A stretch of 64,000 bases of DNA from Bdellovibrio sp. GTDB lineage: Bacteria > Bdellovibrionota > Bdellovibrionia > Bdellovibrionales > Bdellovibrionaceae. Below are positions 17,273 to 26,690 of the stretch, piece after piece (the stretch's first letter is position 1; each line of letters begins with the position of its first letter). The position numbers and the translations under genes were made by a program. The notes under the pieces were generated by a model. The model made no database searches, was not told the origin of the DNA, and worked only from the letters and a program-made list of their open reading frames with translations. Where the stretch lies: contig JBKCUU010000047.1 of the NCBI GenBank assembly GCA_046318155.1, positions 10,433-74,432 of the forward strand. The letters are read 5' to 3'.

Positions 17273-18663
17273 TTCGTCCCCAAAGGACCAATCATGGTTT
17301 CGGGGCGAACATACTGATCAAACTGCTCGGCAGTGAGGTAACCGAGCTTAACGGCCTCCTCTTTCAAAGTCGTTCCATTTTTGTGCGCAGTCTTCGCAAT
17401 CAATGCGGCCTTATCGTATCCAATATGTGGATTGAGCGCTGTCACGAGCATCAGCGAGTTGTCGAGGTGGCGTTTGATTTGACTGGTGTTGGCTTCAATG
17501 CCGACCAAGCAATTATCATGAAATGAGTCTAAAGCATCCGACAACAAACGCACGCTGTTTAAGACATTAAACACGATGACAGGTTTAAAGACGTTCAGTT
17601 CAAAGTGCCCGTTCATACCACCGACACTGACGGCCACATCATTACCGATGACTTGCGCGCAGACCATCGTCATCGCTTCACTCTGAGTCGGATTGACCTT
17701 ACCAGGCATGATGGACGAACCCGGCTCGTTCTCGGGCAAGTGGATCTCACCAATGCCGCACCGAGGACCGGATCCTAAGAGGCGCAGATCATTGGCAATT
17801 TTCATGAGTGACACCGCCAAAGTTTTAAGTGCGCCGCTGACTTCAACAAGCGCGTCGTGCGAGGCCAGAGCCTCAAATTTGTTTTCGGCCGACACAAACG
17901 GAATTCCCGTCTCGGTCGCAATGTTTTTTGCGACTTGCACGGCAAAGTCCGGATGCGTGTTCAAACCCGTTCCGACGGCGGTTCCGCCGATGGCAAGTTC
18001 ATGCAAATGCGGTAGCGTGTTTTTCACGCGTACGATTGAATGCTTCATTTGCGTTGCGTAGCCGGAGAACTCTTGCCCCAGCGTCAGAGGCGTCGCGTCC
18101 ATCAGGTGCGTTCGGCCAATTTTAACGATGCTCTTAAACTCACCCTGCTTTTTAACGAGCGCTTTGTGAAATTGTTCAAGTGCAGGAAGCAAGCGCTCGT
18201 GCACTTGCGCGGCAACGGCAATGTGCATCGCGGTCGGAAAGGTATCGTTCGAGCTTTGGCCTTTGTTGACGTCGTCATTGGGATGAATGTCTTTGGCTGG
18301 AAGCTTCAAGTTCATCAAACTCATCGCGCGGTTCGCGATCACTTCATTGGCGTTCATGTTGGTTTGCGTGCCCGAACCTGTTTGCCAAACGACCAAAGGA
18401 AAGTGTTCATCCAGCTGACCCTTGATCACTTCGTCGGCAGCCCTGACAATCATTTCGGTTTTTTTAGAATCGAGCAAACCCAATTTTGAATTGGTCAGCG
18501 CCGCGCATTTTTTAAGGACGCCCAAGGCCTTGATCATCTCGCGCGGAAAACAGTCACCGCCAATCTTAAAATTTTGTGTCGAACGCTGAGTTTGGGCTCC
18601 CCAGTACTTATCCGCGGGAACCTGAACATCACCCATCGTGTCTTTTTCAATCCGAAATTCCAT
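17269..18663 (-). CDS. fumC: class II fumarate hydratase
   Basis: 464 aa. Contains [26 protein letters not shown] and the signature [16 protein letters not shown]. Confidence 0.96.
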   Translation of the reverse strand: MEFRIEKDTMGDVQVPADKYWGAQTQRSTQNFKIGGDCFPREMIKALGVLKKCAALTNSKLGLLDSKKTEMIVRAADEVIKGQLDEHFPLVVWQTGSGTQTNMNANEVIANRAMSLMNLKLPAKDIHPNDDVNKGQSSNDTFPTAMHIAVAAQVHERLLPALEQFHKALVKKQGEFKSIVKIGRTHLMDATPLTLGQEFSGYATQMKHSIVRVKNTLPHLHELAIGGTAVGTGLNTHPDFAVQVAKNIATETGIPFVSAENKFEALASHDALVEVSGALKTLAVSLMKIANDLRLLGSGPRCGIGEIHLPENEPGSSIMPGKVNPTQSEAMTMVCAQVIGNDVAVSVGGMNGHFELNVFKPVIVFNVLNSVRLLSDALDSFHDNCLVGIEANTSQIKRHLDNSLMLVTALNPHIGYDKAALIAKTAHKNGTTLKEEAVKLGYLTAEQFDQYVRPETMIGPLGTK

Positions 18664-18702
18664 TTTCTGTCCTTTTCAAAAAAATCTTTGATCTCAAAAA
18701 AA

Positions 18703-19458
18703 CTAAGTCCGATGAACTTGCCCCACATGTGCTTGGTCGGTGGGGTAAATGACGATCTCTTGAATATTCACGTGCCCAGGGCGCGCCAGGCACCACGAAA
18801 TCGTCTCGGCAATGTCGTCCGCACTCAAAGGAGTCATGCCTTGGTAGACGGCTTTGGCCTTGAGCTCATTGCCAAGTCGAACAACCGAGAACTCGGTCTC
18901 GACCATGCCGGGTTCGATGTTCGTCACACGGATATTTTTGCCGGCCAAGTCCATGCGCAAACCTTCACTGATCGCACGCACGGCAAACTTGGAGGCACAA
19001 TAAACGGCGCCGCCAGGATACACCCAGCGTCCCGCCACCGAGCCGACATTCACGATATGTCCCCGCTCTTGCTTGAGCAAATGCGGCAGCACCCGGCGCG
19101 TGACCGTGAGCAGACCTTTAACATTGGTATCGATCATTATGTCCCAGTCATCAATATTGGCGTCTTGAACTTTTTCGGTGCCGCGAGCAAGGCCGGCGTT
19201 ATTCACAAGGACGGTCACTTCACTGAGCCAGTCCTCATGCGTTCGGCAAAAGTCTTCGATCGAGGAGCGGCTCTGCAAATCAAAAGGCGCGATGCGAATT
19301 TGATTGCCATGCCGTTTAAGTTCGTCTTGCAAAGTTTCGAGGCGGTCTTTGCGGCGGCCGCCGATAATGAGAGAGTATCCTTCGCTCGCCAAGCGGCGCG
19401 CGGTCGCCTCGCCAATTCCGGCCGAAGCCCCTGTGACAAATGCACACTTTTTAAGCAC
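18703..19458 (-). CDS. short-chain dehydrogenase/reductase (YdfG-like)
   Basis: TGASAGIGEATARRL (TGxxxGxG), NNAG and YCASKFAV (YxxxK). The probable start is the GTG at 19458 (AAGGA 7 nt upstream), giving approx 251 aa. The ORF track extends to 19566. Confidence 0.88.
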   Translation of the reverse strand: MLKKCAFVTGASAGIGEATARRLASEGYSLIIGGRRKDRLETLQDELKRHGNQIRIAPFDLQSRSSIEDFCRTHEDWLSEVTVLVNNAGLARGTEKVQDANIDDWDIMIDTNVKGLLTVTRRVLPHLLKQERGHIVNVGSVAGRWVYPGGAVYCASKFAVRAISEGLRMDLAGKNIRVTNIEPGMVETEFSVVRLGNELKAKAVYQGMTPLSADDIAETISWCLARPGHVNIQEIVIYPTDQAHVGQVHRT

Positions 19459-19571
19459 TGCGGGATCCTTTTGGGTGTCTGTAAAAACCAAGGTGAGCGC
19501 CCATTCTAGGAGAAAAATCGGCCCTAGAGCAATGCTTGATCTTCTTGGAACTGTCAGGCAAAGCATGAATC

Positions 19572-20033
19572 ATGGCAAAACAGTATTGGCTCATGAAGTC
19601 AGAACCGGAAACCTATCCGATTTCGCAGCTCCGGAAGGATAAAAAGACCTGGTGGACGGGCGTGCGCAATTATCAGGCACGCAATTTTATGATGAAAGAC
19701 ATGAAGCCCGGCGATGAGGTTCTGTTCTACCACTCCAATGCTGAACCCCCCGGAGTGGCGGGCACCGCGGTTGTTTCAAAAGCGGCCGAGGCCGACCAAA
19801 CCCAGTTTGACAAAAAGTCCGACGTCTTTGATCCGAAAGCAACAAAAGAGAAACCGACTTGGTTTTGCGTCGAGATTGAATACGGCGAAACCTTCAAAAA
19901 TTTTGTCTCGCTCCAAACTTTGAAAAACACCAAGAACTTAGCAGAAATGCAGGTCCTCAAAAAAGGTCAGCGTTTGTCCATTCAACCCGTGACCAAAGCT
20001 GAGTTCGAGCAAGTGAAAAAGCTAGGCACTTAA
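19572..20033 (+). CDS. EVE (PUA-like) domain protein
   Basis: 153 aa. YWLMKSEPETYPISQL...WTGVRNYQARNFMMKDMKPGDEVLFYHSN...GVAGTAVV matches the EVE/thymocyte-nuclear-protein-1-like family. Confidence 0.85.
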   Translation: MAKQYWLMKSEPETYPISQLRKDKKTWWTGVRNYQARNFMMKDMKPGDEVLFYHSNAEPPGVAGTAVVSKAAEADQTQFDKKSDVFDPKATKEKPTWFCVEIEYGETFKNFVSLQTLKNTKNLAEMQVLKKGQRLSIQPVTKAEFEQVKKLGT

Positions 20034-20035
20034 CT

Positions 20036-21061
20036 TTGTCTTCAAGACCCCAGGCTCCCCTCCAGCCCAAGTTGTTTCTCGCGCCGATGGAAGGCGTGAT
20101 GGATCACTTCATGCGTGATGTGCTCACGCGCTTGGGCGGTATTGATCAAACCGTGTGTGAGTTTATTCGTATTACCGATCAAACGACGCCGGATGCTGTG
20201 TTTTTTCGGGATGCGCCCGAACTTAAAAACCAAAGCCGCACACCTGCGGGCACACCCGTTTTCATTCAACTCTTGGGCGGTGATGTTTTGCGCTTAGCTG
20301 AACATGCCCGCATCGCTGTGCGCTTGGGCGCCATCGGTGTGGACCTTAACTTTGGCTGCCCAGCGAAGACCGTGAACCGGCACGATGGCGGCGCCACTCT
20401 GCTTTTGTATCCTGAACGGATGCAAAAAATTGTGCGCGCGGTTCGTGATGCCGTTCCCGCTCACATCCCGGTGACGGCAAAAATTCGCTTGGGATTTACC
20501 GACCCGTCTGCGTGCATTGAGAGCGCCTCGGCCGTGGCCGCAGGTGGTGCCGACTGGATCACGGTTCATTGCCGTACAAAAATGGACATGTACAAGCCGC
20601 CGGCTTACTGGAATTGGATTCCCGAAATCAAGAAACACCTTCAGATTCCCGTGATTGCCAATGGGGACATTTTCAATGTTCAAGACTTAAAGGCCTGCGC
20701 CGAAGTCACCGGGTGCGATCAGTTTATGATTGGCCGAGGCGCGCTGATCGATCCGTTTATCTTTTGCAAAATTAAAGGCCTCGACGTTGATTCGTCGTGG
20801 AGAGCCGTGGTCCGCTTGGTGCAAGATTTTTTTGTTCGCACGCGGGATGAGGTCTCACCGGCTTTTGCCCAAGCAAGAACAAAACAATGGCTGCGAGAAC
20901 TGGCCAAGGGACACCATCCACAAGCCAAACTCCTGTTCGATGAAATCAAAGTTCTTCGTGACCCCGAACTTTTGTATTCTCGCTTGCTTATGGCTTTGCC
21001 ACAGACGAGCGAACTGACGAGCGAAGGGCCGTCACCACGGGTGACCACAACTCCAACGTAA
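20036..21061 (+). CDS. dusC: tRNA-dihydrouridine synthase, DusC-like
   Basis: LAPMEGVMDHFMRDVLT, NQSRTPAGTPVFIQLLG, VDLNFGCPAKTVN..GGATLL, VTAKIRLG, ITVHCRTK, IPVIANGDI and MIGRGAL align well with E. coli DusC. TTG start. Confidence 0.85.
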   Translation: MSSRPQAPLQPKLFLAPMEGVMDHFMRDVLTRLGGIDQTVCEFIRITDQTTPDAVFFRDAPELKNQSRTPAGTPVFIQLLGGDVLRLAEHARIAVRLGAIGVDLNFGCPAKTVNRHDGGATLLLYPERMQKIVRAVRDAVPAHIPVTAKIRLGFTDPSACIESASAVAAGGADWITVHCRTKMDMYKPPAYWNWIPEIKKHLQIPVIANGDIFNVQDLKACAEVTGCDQFMIGRGALIDPFIFCKIKGLDVDSSWRAVVRLVQDFFVRTRDEVSPAFAQARTKQWLRELAKGHHPQAKLLFDEIKVLRDPELLYSRLLMALPQTSELTSEGPSPRVTTTPT

Positions 21062-21791
21062 ATCCAGAGTCCTGGGCGATCCAAGCCATCGTCTGGCTCG
21101 ACGGAAAGAGAATGTGCGTATTGTCACGCGCGTACCACCAGTTTTCAAAATCCGCGGGCCTCAGCTCTGTGCGAATGACCAGCCGGCCACCCGCTCGCAG
21201 TTGCTGCTTGATTTTTTCAAGCTCCGTGCGCGGTTCACGCAGGTGCTCAAAAACCTCGTGCAAGAGAATCAGATCAAAATCACCGGTGGGCCGCAGAGGC
21301 TGAAAGTACGGGTCAAAGAGTGAAACCTCATAGCCGGCTTCGGTCAAAAGCTGGGCCATCGAAGGCTCGGGGCCCGAGCCATAATCCAAAATTTTTAAGG
21401 GAGGCTGAGCGTGCTGAACGAGAAGATCCACAGTTTTCATCAGGAACTCGCGAAAGCCCCGTTGGCCCAAGTCATTGTGATGGGTCTCGTAACGCGCGCG
21501 TTCGTTCTCGGGAGTGATTTGATCTTGGGAAGGAACAAAAAAGAGATCACAATCGGGACATTGAAAAAAGCGGCGCTCTTTCCAAGCCCGGTGCTTCCTA
21601 AGCCCAAAAGGTCCCGGCCCCCGACACAAGGGGCACACAGACGATAGATTCAAAGTTTCTGGTACAGAAGAAGATGAAATTACCACGTAGACGCCCCTTT
21701 CTTCAGCTGTTACAAACTGGACAGATAAAGTTTGCCGCACCAAAGGTGCGCGTTTTACTGCCGCACCAAAGGTGCGGCCGGGAGGCCTCAT
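20988..21791 (-). CDS. class I SAM-dependent methyltransferase with N-terminal zinc ribbon
   Basis: CPLCRG...FQCPDCDLFF zinc ribbon, then ILDYGSGPEP (motif I) and LILLHEVFEHL. The true start is probably internal. The 3' end overlaps dusC convergently by 74 nt. Confidence 0.7.
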   Translation of the reverse strand: MRPPGRTFGAAVKRAPLVRQTLSVQFVTAEERGVYVVISSSSVPETLNLSSVCPLCRGPGPFGLRKHRAWKERRFFQCPDCDLFFVPSQDQITPENERARYETHHNDLGQRGFREFLMKTVDLLVQHAQPPLKILDYGSGPEPSMAQLLTEAGYEVSLFDPYFQPLRPTGDFDLILLHEVFEHLREPRTELEKIKQQLRAGGRLVIRTELRPADFENWWYARDNTHILFPSSQTMAWIAQDSGFTLELWSPVVTALRSSVRSSVAKP

Positions 21792-22044
21792 GGCTCATGT
21801 GAAAATGTACACCAAAGATCCTTGTCCCTACTGCGTTCGCGCCAAAGCCTTTTTAAATGAGAAGGGCGTGCAAGTCGAGGAAATCGATCTGACCGACGAC
21901 TTTGAAACCCTAAACCGCCTCAAAAACGAAACGGGCTGGCGGACGGTCCCCATGATTTTCATCGGCGAAAAACTCGTCGGCGGCTACAGCGACCTCAAGG
22001 CTCTCGATGACGAAGGCAAACTCGACGACCTACTCAAGGCGTAA
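21790..22044 (+). CDS. grxC: glutaredoxin 3
   Basis: MAHVKMYTKDPCPYCVRAKAFL (CPYC active site), TVPMIFIG..LVGGYSDL. GGAGG lies 4 nt upstream of the ATG at 21790. Confidence 0.92.
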   Translation: MAHVKMYTKDPCPYCVRAKAFLNEKGVQVEEIDLTDDFETLNRLKNETGWRTVPMIFIGEKLVGGYSDLKALDDEGKLDDLLKA

Positions 22045-23050
22045 ACTTGGTTGGCCTCAGGCGGTCGCGTACGAGTGAGATCAAAATTGACCCCCCGATC
22101 AAGAGAGCAATGATTGCCAGTGACCAGCTAATGGGGAACTTGCCGCCGAACACATCGTTTAAGTAGACCATCTTCAGACCAACAAAAATAAGCACACAGG
22201 CCAGACCGTACTTAATGAAGGCAAAGCGGTCCATCACGCCTGCGAGCATAAAGTACATCGAGCGCAGACCCAGGATCGCAAAAATATTAGACGTGAACAC
22301 AATCAAAGGTTCTTTGGTCAATGCAAAAATCGCAGGAACTGAGTCCACCGCAAAAATGATGTCACTCAGCTCTAAAAAAACCAGAGCCAGAAAAAGAGGC
22401 GTGACGTAAGTCAGGCCATTGATTTTGATAAAGAAATTTTGACCCTCAATTTTGGGATGAACTCGCAAAACCTTCTTTAAGCCCCGTACGATAATATTGG
22501 TGTCTAAGCTCTTTTGCTCGGTCCCTGCAAAAAACATTTTGATTCCAGTCAGAATCAGCAAGCCGCCAAAAAATAAGACGATCCATTTGTACTCCATCAA
22601 CACAGAACCCATCGCAATAAAGACCGCGCGGAAAAAAAGCGCGCCAAGAATTCCCCAGAATAAAACTCGATGCTGATAGATTTTTGGAATGCCGAAATAG
22701 GCAAAGACGACCGCAAAGACAAAAATATTGTCGACGGCCAACGACTTTTCGACAACGAAACCTGTTAAGAACTCAAGCGCCGTCGTCTTCGCCTGCCCAT
22801 CAGGATCGAAATTGGGAATTTGCAGATAGCGTGGGTCGGTCGAAAAGCGAAACTGGGCGTAAAGATAGAACAGGTAATTGAACACCAAGGCCATGGCGAT
22901 CCAAAGCGAGGTCCAAACTGAAGCCTCCTTAAAACTCACTTCGTGAGCTTCTTTGTGAAAGACGCCGAGATCAAGCGCAAGGACGATAAGAACGAAAACG
23001 GTAAACCCGAGGTAGAACCACCAATAGTCAGCAAACGGAAATAGGATCAT
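22034..23050 (-). CDS. TerC family integral membrane protein
   Basis: 338 aa, multi-TM. EFLTGFVVEKSLAVDNIFVF and FLELSDIIFAVDSVPAIFALT are the duplicated TerC signature. Confidence 0.88.
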   Translation of the reverse strand: MILFPFADYWWFYLGFTVFVLIVLALDLGVFHKEAHEVSFKEASVWTSLWIAMALVFNYLFYLYAQFRFSTDPRYLQIPNFDPDGQAKTTALEFLTGFVVEKSLAVDNIFVFAVVFAYFGIPKIYQHRVLFWGILGALFFRAVFIAMGSVLMEYKWIVLFFGGLLILTGIKMFFAGTEQKSLDTNIIVRGLKKVLRVHPKIEGQNFFIKINGLTYVTPLFLALVFLELSDIIFAVDSVPAIFALTKEPLIVFTSNIFAILGLRSMYFMLAGVMDRFAFIKYGLACVLIFVGLKMVYLNDVFGGKFPISWSLAIIALLIGGSILISLVRDRLRPTKFTP

Positions 23051-23158
23051 GTTGAGAGATCTCCTTTACATGAAAGATAGCCCACCTTATGATAGCTTTC
23101 AAATCGATAATTTATTAGGCTTCTATCGTAAAATACGATGCATCAAAGCGAGGCTCGC

Positions 23159-24043
23159 ATGAATATTTGGATCAACTATCATCACCTTTTTTATTTCAAA
23201 ACGATCGCCGAAGAAGGAAGTGTCTCGAAAGCCGCCCAAAAATTGAACCTTGGCCAGCCCACGCTTTCAGCTCAGCTCAAGCAATTTGAAGAAACCATTG
23301 GCGTTCAACTTTTTGATCGACAACACAAAAAACTAATTCTGACCGAGCAAGGAAAAATCGCGCTGGATTACGCCAAGACGATTTTTCGAATGGGGTCTGA
23401 GATGTTTGAGGTTCTGCACGACAGACTTAGACCCTTGAGACCGTCTTTTCACCTCGGTGCCCTTGATAGCATCCCTAAACAAATCATTCTGCAAATTGTG
23501 AAACATGCCTTTAAAATTTCGGATTGCCAGGTGACGCTCTCGGAGGGGCGCCCAGACGAACTGCTTCGAGCGCTCGGAGCGCACCAGGTCGATCTCATTC
23601 TTTCGAACTTTATTCCAGCAGGAGTTTCAGCGAAAGGGCTTTTTCCCAAGACCATTAGTACAAAACCCGTTTCCTTTTACGGGGCTCCTAGCTTTAAGGT
23701 CTATCGAAAAGGCTTTCCACAGTCGTTGTCTGGCTTACCTTTGATTCTTCCGACTTATGATAGCAAGCTCAGGCAGGATATCGAGCACTGGGGCAAGCTC
23801 CATAAAATGGAACTCAACATCATCGTCGAGAGCCAAGACATTGCGATTAAGAAAATGATGGCGATGAGTGGACTTGGGGTCATCGCAGCTGCAAGCCACA
23901 CCGTCACCGGCCAGGTCCTGCGCGGCGAGCTCAATGAGATTGGACCTTTGGCTGGCGTCTCCGAGAACCTCTACCTCATCAGCGCCCAGAGAAAAATCGA
24001 GAACCCGATCGCAGGGAAGCTGATGCAGAGTTTTGTCGTTTAG
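23159..24043 (+). CDS. LysR-family transcriptional regulator, NhaR-like
   Basis: MNIWINYHHLFYFKTIAEEGSVSKAAQKLNLGQPTLSAQLKQFEE parallels the NhaR N-terminus (INYNHLYYF...). LysR substrate-binding domain follows. Confidence 0.88.
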   Translation: MNIWINYHHLFYFKTIAEEGSVSKAAQKLNLGQPTLSAQLKQFEETIGVQLFDRQHKKLILTEQGKIALDYAKTIFRMGSEMFEVLHDRLRPLRPSFHLGALDSIPKQIILQIVKHAFKISDCQVTLSEGRPDELLRALGAHQVDLILSNFIPAGVSAKGLFPKTISTKPVSFYGAPSFKVYRKGFPQSLSGLPLILPTYDSKLRQDIEHWGKLHKMELNIIVESQDIAIKKMMAMSGLGVIAAASHTVTGQVLRGELNEIGPLAGVSENLYLISAQRKIENPIAGKLMQSFVV

Positions 24044-24057
24044 CTTTAAAAGATGAG

Positions 24058-24120
24058 ATGCATTTGTGCATATCAAGCATGCATTTATCGTTGTTTACAA
24101 GACGGATTTTTCTGACGAAG
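24058..24120 (+). promoter_or_regulatory. repeated operator/promoter box, copy 1 (ATGCATTTGTGCATAT-N5-CATGCATTTAT...TGTTTACAAG)
   Basis: Contains the inverted repeat ATGCA-N4-TGCAT. Roughly 75% identical over about 100 nt to 25792..25890 (by eye). Its 5' part recurs at 26688..26716. Confidence 0.5.
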
Positions 24121-24250
24121 CTCAATCAAGCAAGTTCGCGACAGGAGGTGTCTTCTTTATGTTGTTTTGAACACCTATTCAAATAAACTAAACAATCCAA
24201 TTCGTGCTTGGATCTGCCGCTATTTCTTCAACCAAAACCTTTAAGGGAAA

Positions 24251-24814
24251 ATGTCTATGAAATATTTTTTGTGCCTCCTTGTTCTGATAGGCTCAACGGC
24301 GCAAGCCGAGAGCTTAAGTCTTGCCGACTCAGGAATCAAAGTGAACGTTCTTTGGCCAATTTATCCGGGCAATAGGTACCGAGTAGCGTGGCGCTACGCT
24401 CTCCACTCTGGTGACTCATACCGGACGGAGCTTAACTTAGGTCTCGGGTATACGGGAGAGGAAGATAGAAAAACAGAAGGGAAATTTTCTGAGGTTCATG
24501 CCATTTTGGGAGTTCGTCAATACTTTGGCTCGGCCTTCCATGGCGAATTAAACGTCAATCCCGGTCAATCTCAACTAAAAGATCATGTCACGAAAAAGAA
24601 AGACTATACGAGCACAGATCTCGAGGTTCAGGCCTTTCTTGGATATGAATGGAGGCTCAGCAAGAGCTTTACTCTTGATTTACAAGCGGGCGCGGTACAA
24701 GTGGTTTCTAAAACCAATTATTGGCCCGTGTATGAAGACGATGACCTCGCCAAGGAACTTGATGGAGAACCCATTGTTCCTGTGGGTCTAGTCAATGTAA
24801 CCTATTGGTTCTAG
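24251..24814 (+). CDS. small outer-membrane beta-barrel-like protein
   Basis: Signal peptide MKYFLCLLVLIGSTAQA, alternating beta-strand pattern, and a C-terminal ...VNVTYWF (aromatic terminal residue typical of OMPs). The ATG at 24257 is equally possible. Confidence 0.65.
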   Translation: MSMKYFLCLLVLIGSTAQAESLSLADSGIKVNVLWPIYPGNRYRVAWRYALHSGDSYRTELNLGLGYTGEEDRKTEGKFSEVHAILGVRQYFGSAFHGELNVNPGQSQLKDHVTKKKDYTSTDLEVQAFLGYEWRLSKSFTLDLQAGAVQVVSKTNYWPVYEDDDLAKELDGEPIVPVGLVNVTYWF

Positions 24815-24893
24815 AAGACGACAGGTCATGGATATGAGATGAGAGAAGGGGACAAGAAAATAAAGCTCTTTTAACCTTCTTTCTTCTCGATGG

Positions 24894-25748
24894 TTATGTT
24901 TTGAACACACTCTTCACCCAGCCCCAGGCGGCATCGACATGGGGAAGTCTCCTCACAGCTTTAGGTGAGGCCATGTAAAGCTCGGCAGGCAGATTTGGCC
25001 AGCTATCCACTTCGATCAAGTTTAAAGTTCTCAAATGTAAACCAAAGACTTCTGGGAGGAGGAGGACCCCCGCACCCCTTTCTGCAGCAATCAGATTTGA
25101 GGCAAGTCGATTTGAAATCAGGCGAATTTGAATCGAATCAAACTGTGGAGACATTTTTTTTAAGAGCGAAACCTCGTTTTGCATGCACAGGATGGGGAGA
25201 CTTGTCAGCTGAACCTTGCCGGAGTCTGAGGTGAAGATCTTGTGTCCGAAAAATTTGAGGGGTGAATATGTCAGCCGTAAGTTAAATGTCTCCCCCCTCG
25301 CCGGTTTATCGACCAGTATCGCGATATCACATTCAAGCCTGTTAAGATCGAAATCTTTGTTTGTGGTGCTCAAGCGAATTCGAACCATCGGGTATTTATT
25401 TAAAAAATCGGGAACATGAGGCGCCAACATTCGATCTGCAATTGCGCTAGTGCAAGAAATATGCACTTCACCCGAAGGCACTCGATTTTCTGTACTTTCG
25501 AAGTTTCGTACACGTGAAACCAGAAGTTCAATTTTTTCTGCTGTCTCCAGCAATTCTTTGACCAATTGAGTGGGTTCAAGCCCCGAGCGATGGCGAGAGA
25601 ATAGATTTTTGCCAACTTTAGCCTCGAGAGCTTGCAGTTGCCGAGAGATGGTCGACTGGTCGATTCCCATTTTTTTTGCCGCTGAGGAAATCGTTTGAGC
25701 TCTTGTTAGCTCCAGAAGAAAAACGAGATCATCAGCTGTGAAGCGCAT
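24894..25748 (-). CDS. LysR-family transcriptional regulator
   Basis: 284 aa. The HTH is LLELTRAQTISSAAKKMGIDQSTISRQLQALE. LysR C-terminal domain follows. Confidence 0.88.
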   Translation of the reverse strand: MRFTADDLVFLLELTRAQTISSAAKKMGIDQSTISRQLQALEAKVGKNLFSRHRSGLEPTQLVKELLETAEKIELLVSRVRNFESTENRVPSGEVHISCTSAIADRMLAPHVPDFLNKYPMVRIRLSTTNKDFDLNRLECDIAILVDKPARGETFNLRLTYSPLKFFGHKIFTSDSGKVQLTSLPILCMQNEVSLLKKMSPQFDSIQIRLISNRLASNLIAAERGAGVLLLPEVFGLHLRTLNLIEVDSWPNLPAELYMASPKAVRRLPHVDAAWGWVKSVFKT

Positions 25749-25792
25749 TGACGAGTCTCAAATTTTTATGTTTCTCAGGGCTTTGACAAGCA

Positions 25793-25868
25793 GGCATTTG
25801 TACATATTTACCATGCATTTATGTGTGTTTACAAGGTGGATTGTTCTGCCGAAAATCAATCAAGGTCA
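25793..25868 (+). promoter_or_regulatory. repeated operator/promoter box, copy 2
   Basis: GGCATTTGTACATATTTACCATGCATTTATGTGTGTTTACAAGGTGGATTGTTCTGCCGAAAATCAATCAAGG aligns with 24058..24130. It lies between the divergent LysR gene (24894..25748) and the second omp-like gene. Confidence 0.5.
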
Positions 25869-25887
25869 CAACGGGAGGGTTTGCTTA

Positions 25888-26502
25888 ATGTCAGGTTTTT
25901 TAAAACATATTCTATTTTTCATTCTTTTTGTCAGTTTTGGTTCCAAGAGCATGGCAGGCCAGCTCACCTTGGGAGCGGATTTGATTCAGCCATTTGTGCT
26001 TGGTGGCTGGAACCTCAATGGGTACTACTACTTTGATAATGGCTTGGTTTTTGGCTGGTCGCATGGGGATAATCTCGAAATGTCTTTTGAGGATTCTTTT
26101 GCACCTGATCCTATTAAGGATGCTAAGGCTTCAGTATTCACAGACTGGTCCACCGGACCTGAGCTCGGATACAGGCTGGGGAAGAACTGGGATGTGAGAA
26201 TGGACTTCAAAGCACATTACAATCGAGTTAAATTTGATTCGAACCCAGCACCGATCAGGTACACCCTGTACACCGTTGGGCCAAGTGTATTTTATAATTG
26301 GTTTCCTTTTTCAGCCGATACTAACGGTTTTCTTGTTCAGTTCTCTGCCCGTTATTGGGTTGAAGTTGATGATGACTTCAATGACGATAATTTCACTTAC
26401 ATCGACAAAAACGGAAACACCAAAAAGCATGATCCGAGGGATTTCTGGGATGGTGGGATCAGTGGTTTTGGTTTAAACGTCGCATTTGGCTGGGCATTTT
26501 AA
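25888..26502 (+). CDS. small outer-membrane beta-barrel-like protein
   Basis: Start at the ATG at 25888 with GGGAGGG RBS. Signal peptide MSGFLKHILFFILFVSFGSKSMAG. Aromatic-rich strands and a C-terminal ...NVAFGWAF. Confidence 0.65.
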   Translation: MSGFLKHILFFILFVSFGSKSMAGQLTLGADLIQPFVLGGWNLNGYYYFDNGLVFGWSHGDNLEMSFEDSFAPDPIKDAKASVFTDWSTGPELGYRLGKNWDVRMDFKAHYNRVKFDSNPAPIRYTLYTVGPSVFYNWFPFSADTNGFLVQFSARYWVEVDDDFNDDNFTYIDKNGNTKKHDPRDFWDGGISGFGLNVAFGWAF

Positions 26503-26550
26503 TCACATGAACAAAAGCAATCAAATCTGCTTTTCCGGCACTTCGGCGCC

Positions 26551-26690
26551 CTCCGCGGCGAGCTCAAGGAGATTGGACCTTTGGCGCGGGCGTCTCCGAA
26601 AACCTCTACCTCATCAGCGCCCCGAGAAGAATTGAGAACCAGATCGCAGTAAAGCTCATGCAGAGTTTTGTTGTATAGCTTTAAACGATG
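26551..26690 (+). pseudogene. degenerate duplicate of the 3' end of the NhaR-like LysR gene
   Basis: Aligns base-for-base with 23918..24057 (CGCGGCGAGCTCAA.GAGATTGGACCTTTGGC...CTCTACCTCATCAGCGCCC...ATGCAGAGTTTTGT). A 2-nt indel and substitutions break the frame, and there is no upstream gene body. Confidence 0.8.

Noticed and set aside
18574-19509. 311-aa + strand ORF. Similar long shadow ORFs occur at 4071-4715 (+), 40184-40714 (+), 46734-47453 (-) and 60276-60980 (-).
   Set aside because: All lie antisense to genes with unambiguous family motifs (SDR, AhcY, DnaK, HtpX and the large secreted protein). Their translations are Arg/His/Gly-rich with no motifs, which is typical of shadow ORFs.
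23051-23158. Possible yybP-ykoY (Mn) riboswitch in front of the TerC-family gene, and a CGATA-N14-TATCG dyad at 23105-23128 as a LysR operator.
   Set aside because: The leader is too short and lacks the conserved GGGGAGUAG-type core. The 5-bp dyad is too short to distinguish from chance.
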